The notes beneath the pieces are model-generated. The model was not told the DNA's origin and ran no database searches. It saw only the letters and a program-made list of their open reading frames with translations. The position numbers and the translations under genes are program-made. 64,000 nucleotides of DNA from NCBI RefSeq assembly GCF_009914755.1, contig NC_060929.1; one strand, written 5' to 3'. Positions 14,815-26,296 of the stretch are shown here, in pieces; the stretch's first letter is position 1; the number at the start of each line of letters is the position of its first letter. This DNA comes from the human T2T-CHM13v2.0 reference genome, Homo sapiens.

Positions 14815-15035
14815 TACATATTTAATCCTCCTAACAACTCTAAGCAATATGCAGTTAACTCTCATTAGAATAGCAATAGGCCATCCTAATTCCCATTTTA
14901 CAGACAAGGAAACTTACACATACTTCACATTGATCGGTACTTGTTCAAGGCCACACAGCTAGTAAGTGGTAGAGACCAGATGTGATCCCAGGCTGCCTGC
15001 CTGAAAGCCTGTGCTTATAAAGTACTTTGCTATTC
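14815..15035 (-). mobile_element. MIR SINE
   Basis: cccattttacagacaaggaaact...caaggccacacagctagtaagtggtagag. Confidence 0.7.
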
Positions 15036-15564
15036 TGCTGGTCTGTGAAAGGCACCATTAAACACATTATTTAATTCAGATCACGACAGGAGATTTAGGG
15101 AGACACTAGCCCACCTGGGGTTGCTTTTTCCATATCTCACTTGTTCCTGGAGATAAGTGAGCTGCAGAAGGATCAAAGCCAGGAATAAACAAGAGCAAAG
15201 AAAATGAGAGCCAAAAGGGCTACAAAAAGATGATTTAGTTGAATGTCTTCATTTTAAGAAGGAGAGACTTGGAAAGGTTAAATGACTTGCCCATGATCAC
15301 ATATTTCTTAGAAATATCAACGCAAGTTCTACATTTAGGAAGAGGAAGTGAAGTGAATTAGCTAGTCAGGTATAGTCTAGGCTCACAATCAAACTGAGCT
15401 TGCAATTGTGTAGATTTTGCATATAAAGAGGTTTTTGAGGGAGCCAGAATTACCTGGGGAATTGCCTCCATTTCATTTTCTTCTATATCCTATCAGAAAA
15501 AATGGTCCCCAAAATCTTAGCAAGGGGGTAGTGTAGCCATTTCATAGTTTCCTTTTAAAAACAT

Positions 15565-15720
15565 GGAATGTCAGGGGAACAAATATCATCTGAGATCATC
15601 TAGGCCAATCTTCATTTTACAGGTGAGAAAACCAAGGCCCAGAGGTGAGGGGATGTGTCCAAGGTTGGCTCACTAGTGGGTGCAGAGCCAGACAGGAGGC
15701 ACTTCCCGTCTCAGCCTCAG
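15565..15720 (-). mobile_element. MIR/MIR3 SINE
   Basis: gagatcatctaggccaatcttcattttacaggtgagaaaaccaaggcccagag. Confidence 0.6.
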
Positions 15721-16484
15721 CCTGTATCTCCACCGGCATGGCTAAGTGCTGCTGTCAGCTTCTCACCCGCTGGGCTTCAGTCTCTTCCTGGGAAGCATTT
15801 TAATGATATTGTTTGGAGGCTCTGCACCTCATTCCTCAGGGGTTCAGGGATGGGGGGACAGCTAGCCTAAAAAATGCTCACAGCTGGATTAATAAGAGAA
15901 GTGACACCTCTGAGTTCCTGCACTTCAACAGAAGGTCAGGGAACACAGCTGTTTCTCTCTCTGCTTCCCAGATGCTCCCAGCGAGGCGAAGATGCTCCCT
16001 GGTTTCCTGCAGGAAGGAAAGGAAGATGTTCCTTGCTTTCCATGCATGCTTCATGTTTATTGTGTGAGTCAGATGCCTCTTCCTCCAACCAGTCTTTCCT
16101 GACTCCCCACAGGATCAGAACTCCCTCCTCTGAGCCTGACTCCCACAATACTCTCAGCAGACAAACTCTGATAGCACACTGATGGACTAGCTATTGCTGA
16201 TCTCCCTGACTGTATTAGAAGCTGCTCAAAGGCATGGATCCAATCTGATTCATCTCTCCTCCCCACGTCTCAGCAACAGCACACCTTGCACACAGTCATA
16301 AACTAATTGCTACCATTTATTCAAAGATTGTCATAGACCAGGTTCAGGGCCAAGCACTTTGCATACTTTATCTCAGTAAGTTCTTCTGCCACCCTGCAAG
16401 GAAGGAATTATTGTACCCATTTTATGGATGAGAACACTGAAAGTTAACTTGTTCACGGACTTTATCGCAGAATTAGGAAATTCA

Positions 16485-16791
16485 GGCAGGGCACAGTGGC
16501 TTATGCCTGGCTCATGCCCAGCGTGTTGGGAGTCCAAGGTGGGAGGATCGCTTGAGCACAGGAGTTTGAGACCAGCCTGGGCAACATAGGGAGACCCCAT
16601 GTCTAAAAAAAAATTAAAAATTAGCCAGTCATGGTGGCATGCACCTGCAGTCACAGCTACTTGGGAGACTGAGGTGGGAGGATTACCTGAGGCTGGAAGG
16701 TCAAGGCTGCAGTGAGCCATGGTTGTATAACTGCACTCCAGCTTGGATGACAGAACAAGATATTGTCTCAGAAAAAAAAATAAAGTAAAAT
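16485..16791 (+). mobile_element. AluJ (adjacent to a minus-strand MIR at ~16300-16480)
   Basis: J-type ggaggatcgcttgagc and gtcaaggctgcagtgag; TSD aaattca. Confidence 0.9.
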
Positions 16792-16869
16792 AAATTCAAA
16801 ACTTTCCATTATGTGTTCCTTCCCCACCCTTCTCACTCACTCTCCGCTTTTCTTCAAAGCCCTCAATAT

Positions 16870-17255
16870 TTTCAGCTTCCTTCTGCCTTGGGGCCTTTCC
16901 CTGAGCAGTTTCCCTGGTAGCATCACATGCCCTTCTTCACCCAGTTAATTATGGTTTCAGATCTTCAGCTCTTGGCTCAAAAGGATTTCCCCAAGGCAGA
17001 CTCTCCCAACCCCTAAACCATGTCATACCCTCTTGTAATCAGCTCTCACAGCTTCCCTAGTTTCTCCTTCATGGCATTTACCACAGTCCGTAATTCCATG
17101 TTTTGTGGGATTATGTGATTACCATATGTCTCCTCCATCAGTACAAGCTCCATGAGGCCAGGCCCCTTGTCTGTTTTGCTTATTATTTTGTCCCCAGTGC
17201 CGAGCACAGCACCCAACATATAATAGATGCCTAAAAAACATTTATCGAATGAGTA
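16870..17255 (+). mobile_element. L2 3' region
   Basis: caagctccatgaggccagg...ccccagtgccgagcacagcacc...catttatcgaatgag. Confidence 0.65.
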
Positions 17256-18203
17256 TCTGACTTCAAACACATGCACTAACTAGCATGTGGTGAATAATTC
17301 TGAATAAGTGGTTGCTAATAAATGATTATATCAATGAAAGCATGGATGGAGGAGGTGATCAACCACAAGATTTCAGTTGGGAAAGATCAACTGCTTGGCA
17401 CCTGGAAAATGTGGAGGCCCAACAAGCTGCTGGTTCACTTTCCAACAAAGCAGGCTTCCAGTTTGGGGAAAAAAAAGAAAACAATTTGGTTTCTCACTTT
17501 CACTTTTCAATAGCTATTGGGAGTCCTTGGCTTGAACAGCCCTCAAATGCAAATGAAAGAACAGGTGTGCTTATATCAGAACTGAGTAATCAGGGCATCT
17601 CTGTTACTTCTTCCTGAGAGCTTTGCACTCTGCCTCCTGAAGGAGCTACTTGATCAGCCAGGCCCTTGAAATGATGTGGGCAATCATTTCTTTTTTTTTT
17701 CAAATTGGGTTTTTAAACTTCTACTTAAAGGAAGATTGAAAGTGGGAGGGTATGACCTGGGGTAACTGGCAAGACAATACCAAGGTTTCAAAGACATTCT
17801 GGATGAAAGGCCCAGAGGCCATGTGATGGAAAGGAAGAGAAAGGGAGAGGAAGGGGGTGACATGCTGTAAGCCTCTCTGGTCTTCTCAGGAGGCACACTC
17901 CCTTTTCCCTGGGGATGGAAAGACATGAGCACATGCAGTTAAAAAAAAAATGTGGCTGGGTAGAACTCCAAGCCTAAAGCTTCTCTGTAGAATCATATAA
18001 AGTGGAGATTGGAAGGCACCTTTGGGTTGGATCATCTGGTCCAGCTTTTCATTTTATATCTATCCAAAGCCCAGAGAGGTGAGGGATCACCCTAGGTCAC
18101 ACTGAGACTCAATGCAGAGTCCACCCTGAAACCCCAGGCTCCCGATTCCCACCCCAGGGCTCTGTTCATTACATCAATATTCCTTACTTAGTAGATAGTC
18201 CAG

Positions 18204-18635
18204 TGTGATGGGCAGAATAATGATGCCCCAAAGCCATCCATGGTCTACTAATAATTCCCATCACTTGTGAATATGTTACCTTATGTGGCAAAAAGGACTT
18301 TGCAGATATGATTAAGGATCTTGAGATGGGGAGATTGTCCTGGATTGTCTGGGATAGTCCCAATATAATCACAACATTCAGATAACAGGAAGATAGAGGT
18401 GTCAGAATAAGAGAAGATGTGATGACAGAAGCAGAGGTTGGAGTGATGCAGGAGGCCTCCAGAATCTAGAATAGACAAGGAAAGAGATTTTTCCCCTAGA
18501 ACTTCCAGAAGGGTTGTAGCCCTGCTGTCCCATTTTAGACTTCTGACCTCCAGAGGTGTAGGATGACACATTTGTGTTGTTTTAAGCTACAGAGTGTGCA
18601 GTAATTTGTTACAGCGGCAATCAGAAACTAACACA
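18204..18635 (+). mobile_element. MLT1C/D MaLR solo LTR
   Basis: TG...CA termini: tgtgatgggcagaataatg...gtgaatatgttaccttatgtggcaaaaaggactttgcagat...tttgttacagcggcaatcagaaactaacaca. Confidence 0.85.
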
Positions 18636-18749
18636 GTCAGTGATACCATTCTGCCCACATGCTAAGGATGCAAATCTCTCAGAAGACTCAGGGAATCCTA
18701 CCCATACCTGAGTGACAGTACATCCTAGTGATTATGAGCATGCTCTGTG

Positions 18750-19180
18750 GAAATAACCCCAACATTCATCCATGGGAGAATAGATACATATTTCATAGTG
18801 ATTTCACACAATGTGAAATACCACATGATAGCGCAAAAGAACAAACTTCTAATACATGCAATGACATGGAAGAATCTCATAGACACACCACTGGAGAGAA
18901 AGAAATGAGATGCAAGAAATTATGTACCAAATGATTCCATCTACATCAAAATCCAAGCACAGGAAAAATGAATCTATGCTGATAAAAATTAGAATGGTGG
19001 TTACCTCTGGAGGAAGAGTGTCACAGGGGAGGGTGATGAAGGAGCCAGCTGGACTTAAAATGTTCTATAACTTGATTTGGTTACAAGAATGTATATATGT
19101 AAAAATTTATTGAGCTGTACACTTAGGATTCATTCACTTTACATAAGTTATACTATAATTAAAAAGTTTTAAACCATTAA
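18750..19180 (+). mobile_element. Old L1 3'UTR (L1ME-like)
   Basis: acatggaagaatctcatagac...gaatggtggttacctctgg...gtaaaaatttattgagctgtacacttagg. Confidence 0.75.
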
Positions 19181-19209
19181 AAAATCAAAATAGAAAAATA
19201 AATTCATCT

Positions 19210-19430
19210 GATGAGCACAGGCTCTGGAATCAGACTCTCTGAGTTTAATCTTGGCTCCATCATCTCCTACCTGCATGACCTTAGCAAGTTGTTGAACCTA
19301 TGAGACTGTGTTTCTGTGTAATTGGGATATTACGAGCTTCCACCTCATAGGGTTGTTGGGAGTTAGCAGATATGAAGTGCTGGCAACTGTTGCTGTTACA
19401 TAGTGAGTGCTTCGTAAATGCTGGTCATTC
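19210..19430 (+). mobile_element. MIR SINE
   Basis: gagcacaggctctggaatcagact...gcatgaccttagcaagtt...acctcatagggttgttggg. Confidence 0.7.
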
Positions 19431-19475
19431 TTACTCAGGGTATAAATGGTATACATTATTACTCAGGTGTAAATG

Positions 19476-19674
19476 CGATGGTGTGCTGGAGCCAGCTGCT
19501 CAGATCTCACTGTGCACATCTCTTTCAACTCCTCCATCACAGACATTACATTGGCAGCTTAAAATTGGCCAGGGTGGGAATGTTTACACCACAACAATTG
19601 GCAATAGCTATAAATCAGTGCCTTTTGTATTTGCTTGGAAAGCCAGTTGTTAAACACTTATCAGCACATCATTG
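19476..19674 (+). mobile_element. MER63A-like hAT (Blackjack) MITE
   Basis: Terminal inverted repeats cgatggtgtgctgg / tcagcacatcattg; internal gtgcacatctct...gtgggaatgtttacaccac. Confidence 0.75.
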
Positions 19675-22601
19675 TATAAGTGGCTAAACTTAGGAAAGGG
19701 GAGAGAAGATGGGGGACCTGGAGAGAGGAAAGCAGAATCTGCCACCTTCTCTCCACTCCTCAGTGGAAGGTGCTGCCACAGCCCAGCCCCTGGAAACTTG
19801 CTTATGGGCCTCTTGACAACATCAGTGTCCCCTAGTCTTTCCTCCCCATTCTTTAACCACTTATTAATGCCAACCCAATCTCTAGGACACCATCTCCCCT
19901 CAATATGTTCCTTATGAGAGGCCTGGACAATCTTCTCACCCATCTCCTAGCATCAGAGACCCCTTGAACGAGTCCCTTCCCCTGCCAGGCCCTCCCCAGA
20001 TAGCTGGCCCAGAGTCTGGCTCCCTGTTTCTACTCGCTCTCTGTTCTTTCTCTGCCTGGAGCCAGCCGCTCTTAGATCCTCTTTGGACCAGCTGTTTCAC
20101 ATGGTTAGTGTCTTAGCTTAAATATCACCTACGCAGAGGAGCCCTTTTTGACCACCCTCAACCAGTCTCAATCACACTATTCATCACTGACGGAAAGTCT
20201 CATGTACATGACTGCTTAACCTTGTTTTGCGTCTGTCTTCCCAACCAGGATGTAAGTTTCTGGATACAGACTATTTTTATCATCCCTATTCTACATGGCA
20301 GAGAAGTTAAGTAACTCATCTGTGGTGACAAAGCCAAAAGTGGCAGAGCTGGGATTTGAACCCATGCCTTCTCAGGGTAAACTGGCTACTAGTTGTATAG
20401 GCAACTGGTAAGTCCAGAGAGAAGACAGCTCAACTAGACCAGAAGGCCAGGGGACCCACTGCCAAGCTAAGGAGTTTGGCTGACAGTTTGAAGTGGTAAA
20501 GCCCAAAATCAGTGCCAAGGCGGGGGGAACACTAATGGGCACAGGGGAAGCAGTGAAGCTGTTTATGCAGAGTGTCTTTACTCACTTATTTATAGAGGAT
20601 GAGATGTTAATCAAGGGCTCATTCTTGGAGCTGTCAGTGCCTTCTCCTACAGCAGCAGGTGTGATGAGCCGGGGCTAGGGAAGGAAGCCAAATTATCTGC
20701 CTCTCTCTAAGACTCATGCCGCTCCCAGGCTTCCCGGTACCCAATCCTCTGGCCAGAAGCTCCATGCAGAAAAGTGGGGATCAGAAATGAAAGTGTGGGA
20801 AAGCCAGCTGGGGCAGTGGAAGGAGCACTGAACAGGAGTTCTCAAGCCCCATACGACTGTGTAGAGCACTTAGCACAGTTCTTGGTACGTGCTAAACCTC
20901 CAAGAAATAGTTGGCGGTGGTGGTGCTGGTGGTGGTCCTGGCTCTGTGTGACCTTAGGCAAGTCATCAATCTCTTTGTGCCTCCCTTTCTTCATACACAG
21001 AAGAAAAGTGAAAGAATTGCCTCCAGAGCCCTCAGAGTGGGTGGGAGGTCAGATACCTTGCACAGCCCTCAGCACAGTAGTAGGCCCCCCATAAATATTT
21101 ACTGAATGAGTGTCATATGTGGTAACTACAAAGCCCTATGAAAACATAAGTAGTGATTATTTCAACGGCCATCTGAAAACGGAATAAGATGTCTGGGCAG
21201 ATGGTAAGTTTCCCACCACTGGATTCACTCAGAGAGAGAGGCGATGCTTGCATGGGGCAGCAGCTGAGATTCCCCTCTGAGGAAGTGGTGCTGTTCAGTG
21301 ATTTACCTTTAGAGTCCAAGAGTGTAAGTTAAAAATCCTAGCTCAGCTACTCATTAGGTATGTGGTTTTGATTAAATTCTGGAACCTCTGGATCCTTGCT
21401 TCCCTCATCTCTAAAACTGGGATTGTCACAGTACCTGCCTTATATGATTCTTTTGAGGATTCAGTGATTGAATCTTTTGAGGATTCAATGAACAGGTAAC
21501 TGATTTATTAAGCCATCGACAGGCAATGCCTCCTTTTTCCCTTTATTTTTACTTCTAGTTGTACTCAGCCAAATCCACTACCTTACCCATGTGGTAATGA
21601 TGATTTCAGCAGATACCAAAACATTCTGGCCATGAAAAGTCCAGTCTAATGTAAAACTCCTGCTTGATTTAAACCTCATTTCTTCCCTCCTCCTGGTGTG
21701 GGTTGGACCCATGACTCAAGAAACAGGGCCAGAAGTGGGGAAGGCACTTGGCCTACTCATTCACCCCCCTCCTCCCTAGCATCTCAAAGCAATTGTCTAC
21801 ATCCTCCCATCTCTGTTCTAGGTCTCTCCTTCCTCCTCTAGCATCCAGTATCCAAGGCAGGCAGTGGATGTGTCACACATCTGACCACCTGGCAGTGGTA
21901 GAGAGGTGTCCCTCACCTCCCAAAGGGCCAGTGCCTTTCCACATGGTGCTGGTAGCCTCTGCTGCTGTGGTGGTCTTTGTATTGGTGGTGTGTCTACTTT
22001 TTCTTAGGGTAGCATTTGACTTAGTTTACTAGCAGCTCTGAGAACCACCCAGAGAGGGGCAGCCCACACTAGTCCCTCTCTTCTCAGGGTGAACTGAGCC
22101 TTCCTCAACCCACTGCAGCCTCTTTTGGAAGCCCCCAGTCTCCTTTACCAGGAGCTGCAGAAACCCCTGACCACTCAGTCCTTTGGGTCCTCAGGCACGT
22201 ACCACGCGCCAGCTCCCTCTTCACCTGCCGGCCCAGGAAGCTCCAGCTGTCCTCCCTTCCTAGCATCAGTTTCCATGTTTACTCGCAAACCCCAGGGGAC
22301 CCATGCTGAGGAGGGGACCCACATGATGAGCTCATTCACCACACTCCATTCCCATGGCAGCATAGACTGGGCCTACAGGTTATACCACTCAGCAAATGTT
22401 CAGCTGAGGATGACTTGTCACTCTCCCCTTCTTGCAGGATCCCTCAAACTGCAGGAGAGATTCCCTGGAAGCCCTTCCACACAGCCTCACCTTCTGACTC
22501 GCTGAAGGGAAGGATATGGGGTTCAGGGACGGAGATGGAAGGAAACTTACCAGGAACACTGCTGGTTCCTGGCCACAATTCTGCTTTTCTTCTTAGTTTT
22601 C

Positions 22602-22732
22602 CTTTTCTTCTCCCTGCCTCCAACCAGGCTGGAGTGCAGTGACTATTTTACAAGCGTGAGGCCTGGAACTCCTGGCCTCAAACAATCCTCCTGCCCTAGC
22701 ACTGTGTGTGCGCCACCGTACCCACACCTGGC
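22602..22732 (-). mobile_element. FAM-like fossil Alu monomer with internal deletions
   Basis: 7SL-like ggagtgcagtgactattttacaagcgtga; flanked by direct repeat ttagttttc. Confidence 0.55.
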
Positions 22733-23029
22733 TTAGTTTTCAATGGCAAACCAAAAGAAGAATATAGGGGCTGACCAGGGTGATAGGACTCATTCTTCTG
22801 TCTTCCAGCTTTCCCTGGGGAATGCTTCTGGACACTACTGCTGGCATTCCTCATCAGAAGAGGGGGAAAGCATTACTTCTTGATCCTCTGCCCTGGAACT
22901 AGGTACCCATATCTCAGGGTAAAGAATGAGGTTCCCCAACATCCTGTTACACAGAGAAAATGTTTAATACAGCAAATAGTAAGTGCTCGCAGCAATTCAG
23001 CTGTTAGCTGCTTGACCAGGCCCCTGTAT

Positions 23030-23425
23030 TGCCTTCCTGCCTTCTCCTTTGCCACCTCCTCTCTGTGCTCCAGCCCACTAAGCCACTTTCAGCTCCTCAC
23101 ATCTGCCTCTGGGTCTTCTCACATTCCATTTCCTCTCCCTGGGGGATGCTGCTCTAACCCCCTCTTCCCTAGCCACCTCCCGCTCATCATTTAGGTCTAA
23201 GCCAAAGGCCGCATCACCAGGGGAGCCCTTGCTGTCCATCCCTGCATTAGTCAGGTCCTCCCACTCGGCCTTCCCACAGCACCTTCCTTCTGTGAGAGAG
23301 CATTTTTTCTTGCAGGCTCATTTTTCTGCTTCTCCTACTAGAATACAGGAACATGTCTATTGAATTCTCCCCAGCCCTCACTTCTAGCTTAGAGGAGATG
23401 CTCAGTACTTGTTTGTTGAATGAAA
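23030..23425 (+). mobile_element. L2 3' region
   Basis: ctctgtgctccagccc...ctcagtacttgtttgttgaatgaa terminus. Confidence 0.55.
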
Positions 23426-23524
23426 AAACAATTAGCTCTTCTTTTTTAAGGCAATGAAGCACCTCAATCCTGGGAGAATGAGAGGCCTAGGAAACCTGAA
23501 GACCCTGCTCTTCCCCCCTAAAGA

Positions 23525-23676
23525 GGCACCAATAGACTTGCTCAATACAGGTTTGCCACAAACCTTCAATTTGTAAAAAACACAGCATCTGTGAAGTTCA
23601 ATGAAGTGGAGAGCAATAAAACGAGGTATGCCTGCACCTGCTGCCTCCTTCAGACCAGGCATGCACTCTGCGGTCT
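23525..23676 (-). repeat. Inverted duplicate of 24300-24451 (Tigger1 first 110 bp plus 42 bp of flank)
   Basis: Ungapped reverse-complement match over 152 bp with 4 mismatches. Confidence 0.95.
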
Positions 23677-25830
23677 TGTAAGGAGCCCCTAGGTCATGGG
23701 TGCAGGGCCCCCACCTTGCTTAGGGAAGCCCTCACTCTGCCTTCTCACAGTGCTCCCCTGTGCTAGCTGTCAGCAGATTTGATGAGGCCTAGGGGAGCTA
23801 TGTGGAAAGAGAAATAAAAAGGAAAAGAGACTCAAACCTGACTCTATGGAGCTGTAAAGTCACTCAGGGCTCATTTATTCCCCAAGGCCCAAGGCCTCCT
23901 TCCCAAGAGCCTGTGTTAATGGGGCGGTTACTATTGTTCCAACTGAGAGCAGCAAGATAGTTAAGGGCTGGAGACCAAGTCTGCGGCCATTAACCAGCTA
24001 ATAGGTGAGAAAGGACATGTGGGCCAGTACTTGGACTGCTGTCAAACGCCTTCCCTAGGCTGTGCAGCCAGGCAGAGCCTCTTTGCATCCCTTTCTCTGC
24101 CACCCACTAGTCATGTGACCTTTGCTAAGTCAGTGAGACTCTCAGAACCTGATTGGCAAGTGGGGATTTATTCATTCCACAAATATTTGCTGAGCACCCA
24201 CTATGTCCCAGGCCCAGGGATTGTATTCCTTCCTTTTCCAGTGGTTTTAAGGAGAGGAAACACAGACTCAAACACAGACAGAAATGAGAGGTGGGTGGGA
24301 GACTGCAGAGTGCATGCCTGGTCTGAAGGAGGCAGCAGGTGCAGGCATACCTCGTTTTATTGCTCTCCGCTTCATTGAACTTCACAGATACTGTGTTTTT
24401 TACAAATTGAAGGTTTGTGGCAAACCTGTATCGAGCAAGTCTATTGGTGCCATTTTTCCAACAGTATATGCTTATTCGTGTCTCTGTGTCACATTTTGGT
24501 AATGTTCATAGTATTTCAAAATTTTTCATTATTATTATATTTGTTATGGTGATCTGTGATTAGTGATCTTTGAGGTCACTATTGTAAATTGTTTGGGGGC
24601 ACCACAAGCCACAACCACATGAGATGGCAAACTTAATGAATAAATGTCATTTGTGTTCTGACAGCTCCACCGACCAGCCATTCCCCTGTGTCTCTCCCTT
24701 TCCTCCAGCCTCCCCATTCTCCGAAAGACAACAACATTGAAATGAGGCCAAGTAATAACCCTACAATGGCCTCTAAATGATCAAGTGAAAGAAAGAGTTG
24801 CACATCTAAATCTAAAGCTAAAAATAATTAAGCTTAATGTGGATGGCATGTCGAAAGCCAAGATGGGCCAAAAGATAGGCCTCTTGCACCAAATAGGTAG
24901 CCAAGTTGTGAATGCAAAGGAAAAATTCTTGAAGGAAATTAAAAGTGCTACTCTAGTGAATACACAAATGATAAGAAAGCAAAACATCCTTATTGCTGAT
25001 ATGGAGAAAGTTTGAGTGATCTCGATAGAAGATCAAACCAGCCACAGCATTCTCTTAAGCCAAAGCCTAATCCGGAGCAATCAGTTCATGAGATTTAAAG
25101 AAAGAAGTCATCTCCATAACATAAAAGTACAAGGTAAACAGCAAGTGCTGTCATAGAAGCTGCAGCAAATTATCCAGAAGATCTGGCTAGGATAATTGAT
25201 GAAGGTGGCTACACTAAACAACAGCTTTTCAATGTAGATGAAACAGCCTTAAATTGGAAGAAGATGACATAGGACTTTTATAGTGAGAGAGGAGAAGTTG
25301 ACGCCTGGCTTCAAAGCTACAGAGGACAAGTGGACTCTTGTTAGGGGCTAATGCAGCTGGTGACTTTAAGTTAAAGCCAATGCTTATTTACCATTCCAAA
25401 AATTTTAGGGCCCTTAAGAATGATGCTAAATCTACTTTGCCTTTGCTCTATAAATGGAACAACAAGGCCCTGATGACATTTCATCTGTTTACAGTATGTT
25501 TTACTGAATATTTTAAACCCACTGTTCAGACTTACTCAGAAAAAAAGATTCATTTAAAAATATTACTGCTCATTGACAATGCACTTGGTAACCCAAGAGC
25601 TTTGATGGAGATGTATAAAGAGATTAATGTTGTTTTTATGCCTCCTAACATCCATTCTACAACCCACAGATCAAGGAATAATTTTGACTTTCAAGTCTTA
25701 TTATTTAAGAAATATATTCTATAAGGCTATAGCAGCCATAGGTAGTGATTCCTCTGATGGATCTCGGCAAAGCAAGTTGAAAATCTTCAGGAAACAATTC
25801 ATCATTCTAAATGCCATTAAGGACAATTGT

Positions 25831-26003
25831 GCTGGGTGCAGTGGTACATGCCTATAGTCCCAACTACTCAGGAGGCTGAGGCAGGAGGATCTTTTGAGCC
25901 CAGGAGTTCAAGGGTGTAGTGCATTATGATCAAACCTGCGAATAGCCACTGCACTCTAGCCTGGGCAACATAGTGAGACCAAGTCTCTAAAAAAAACAAA
26001 CAA
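25831..26003 (+). mobile_element. FAM (fossil Alu monomer)
   Basis: Single monomer retaining the 7SL segment cctgcgaatagccactgcactc that dimeric Alus lack; A tail. Confidence 0.8.
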
Positions 26004-26296
26004 GCTGGACACAGTGGCTCACACCTGTAATCCAAGCACTTTGGGAGGCCAAGGTGGGTGGATCACAGGAGTTTGAGACCAGCCTGGCCAACATGGCAAA
26101 ACCCTGTCTCTACTAAAAATACAAAAATTAGCTGGGCGTGGTGGTGCATGTCTGTAATCTCAGCTACTCAGGAGGCGGAGGCACAAGAATCACTTGAACC
26201 CAGGAGGTGGAGGTTGCTGTGAGCCGAGATCACACCACTGCACTCCAGCCTGGGCAACAGAGCAAGGCTCTGTCTCAATAAAAAACAAAACCAAAA
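26004..26296 (+). mobile_element. AluS inserted in the FAM tail
   Basis: Alu dimer with ctactaaaaatacaaaaattag linker and A-rich tail. Confidence 0.88.

Noticed and set aside
23525-23634. Independent second Tigger1 insertion or composite transposon
   Set aside because: It shares 42 bp of non-Tigger flank and the mutated TA with the main copy at ~97% identity, so it is a later duplication and not a transposition.
25831-26003. 7SL RNA gene
   Set aside because: Only the Alu domain and a short 7SL remnant are present; the S domain is absent, which fits FAM.
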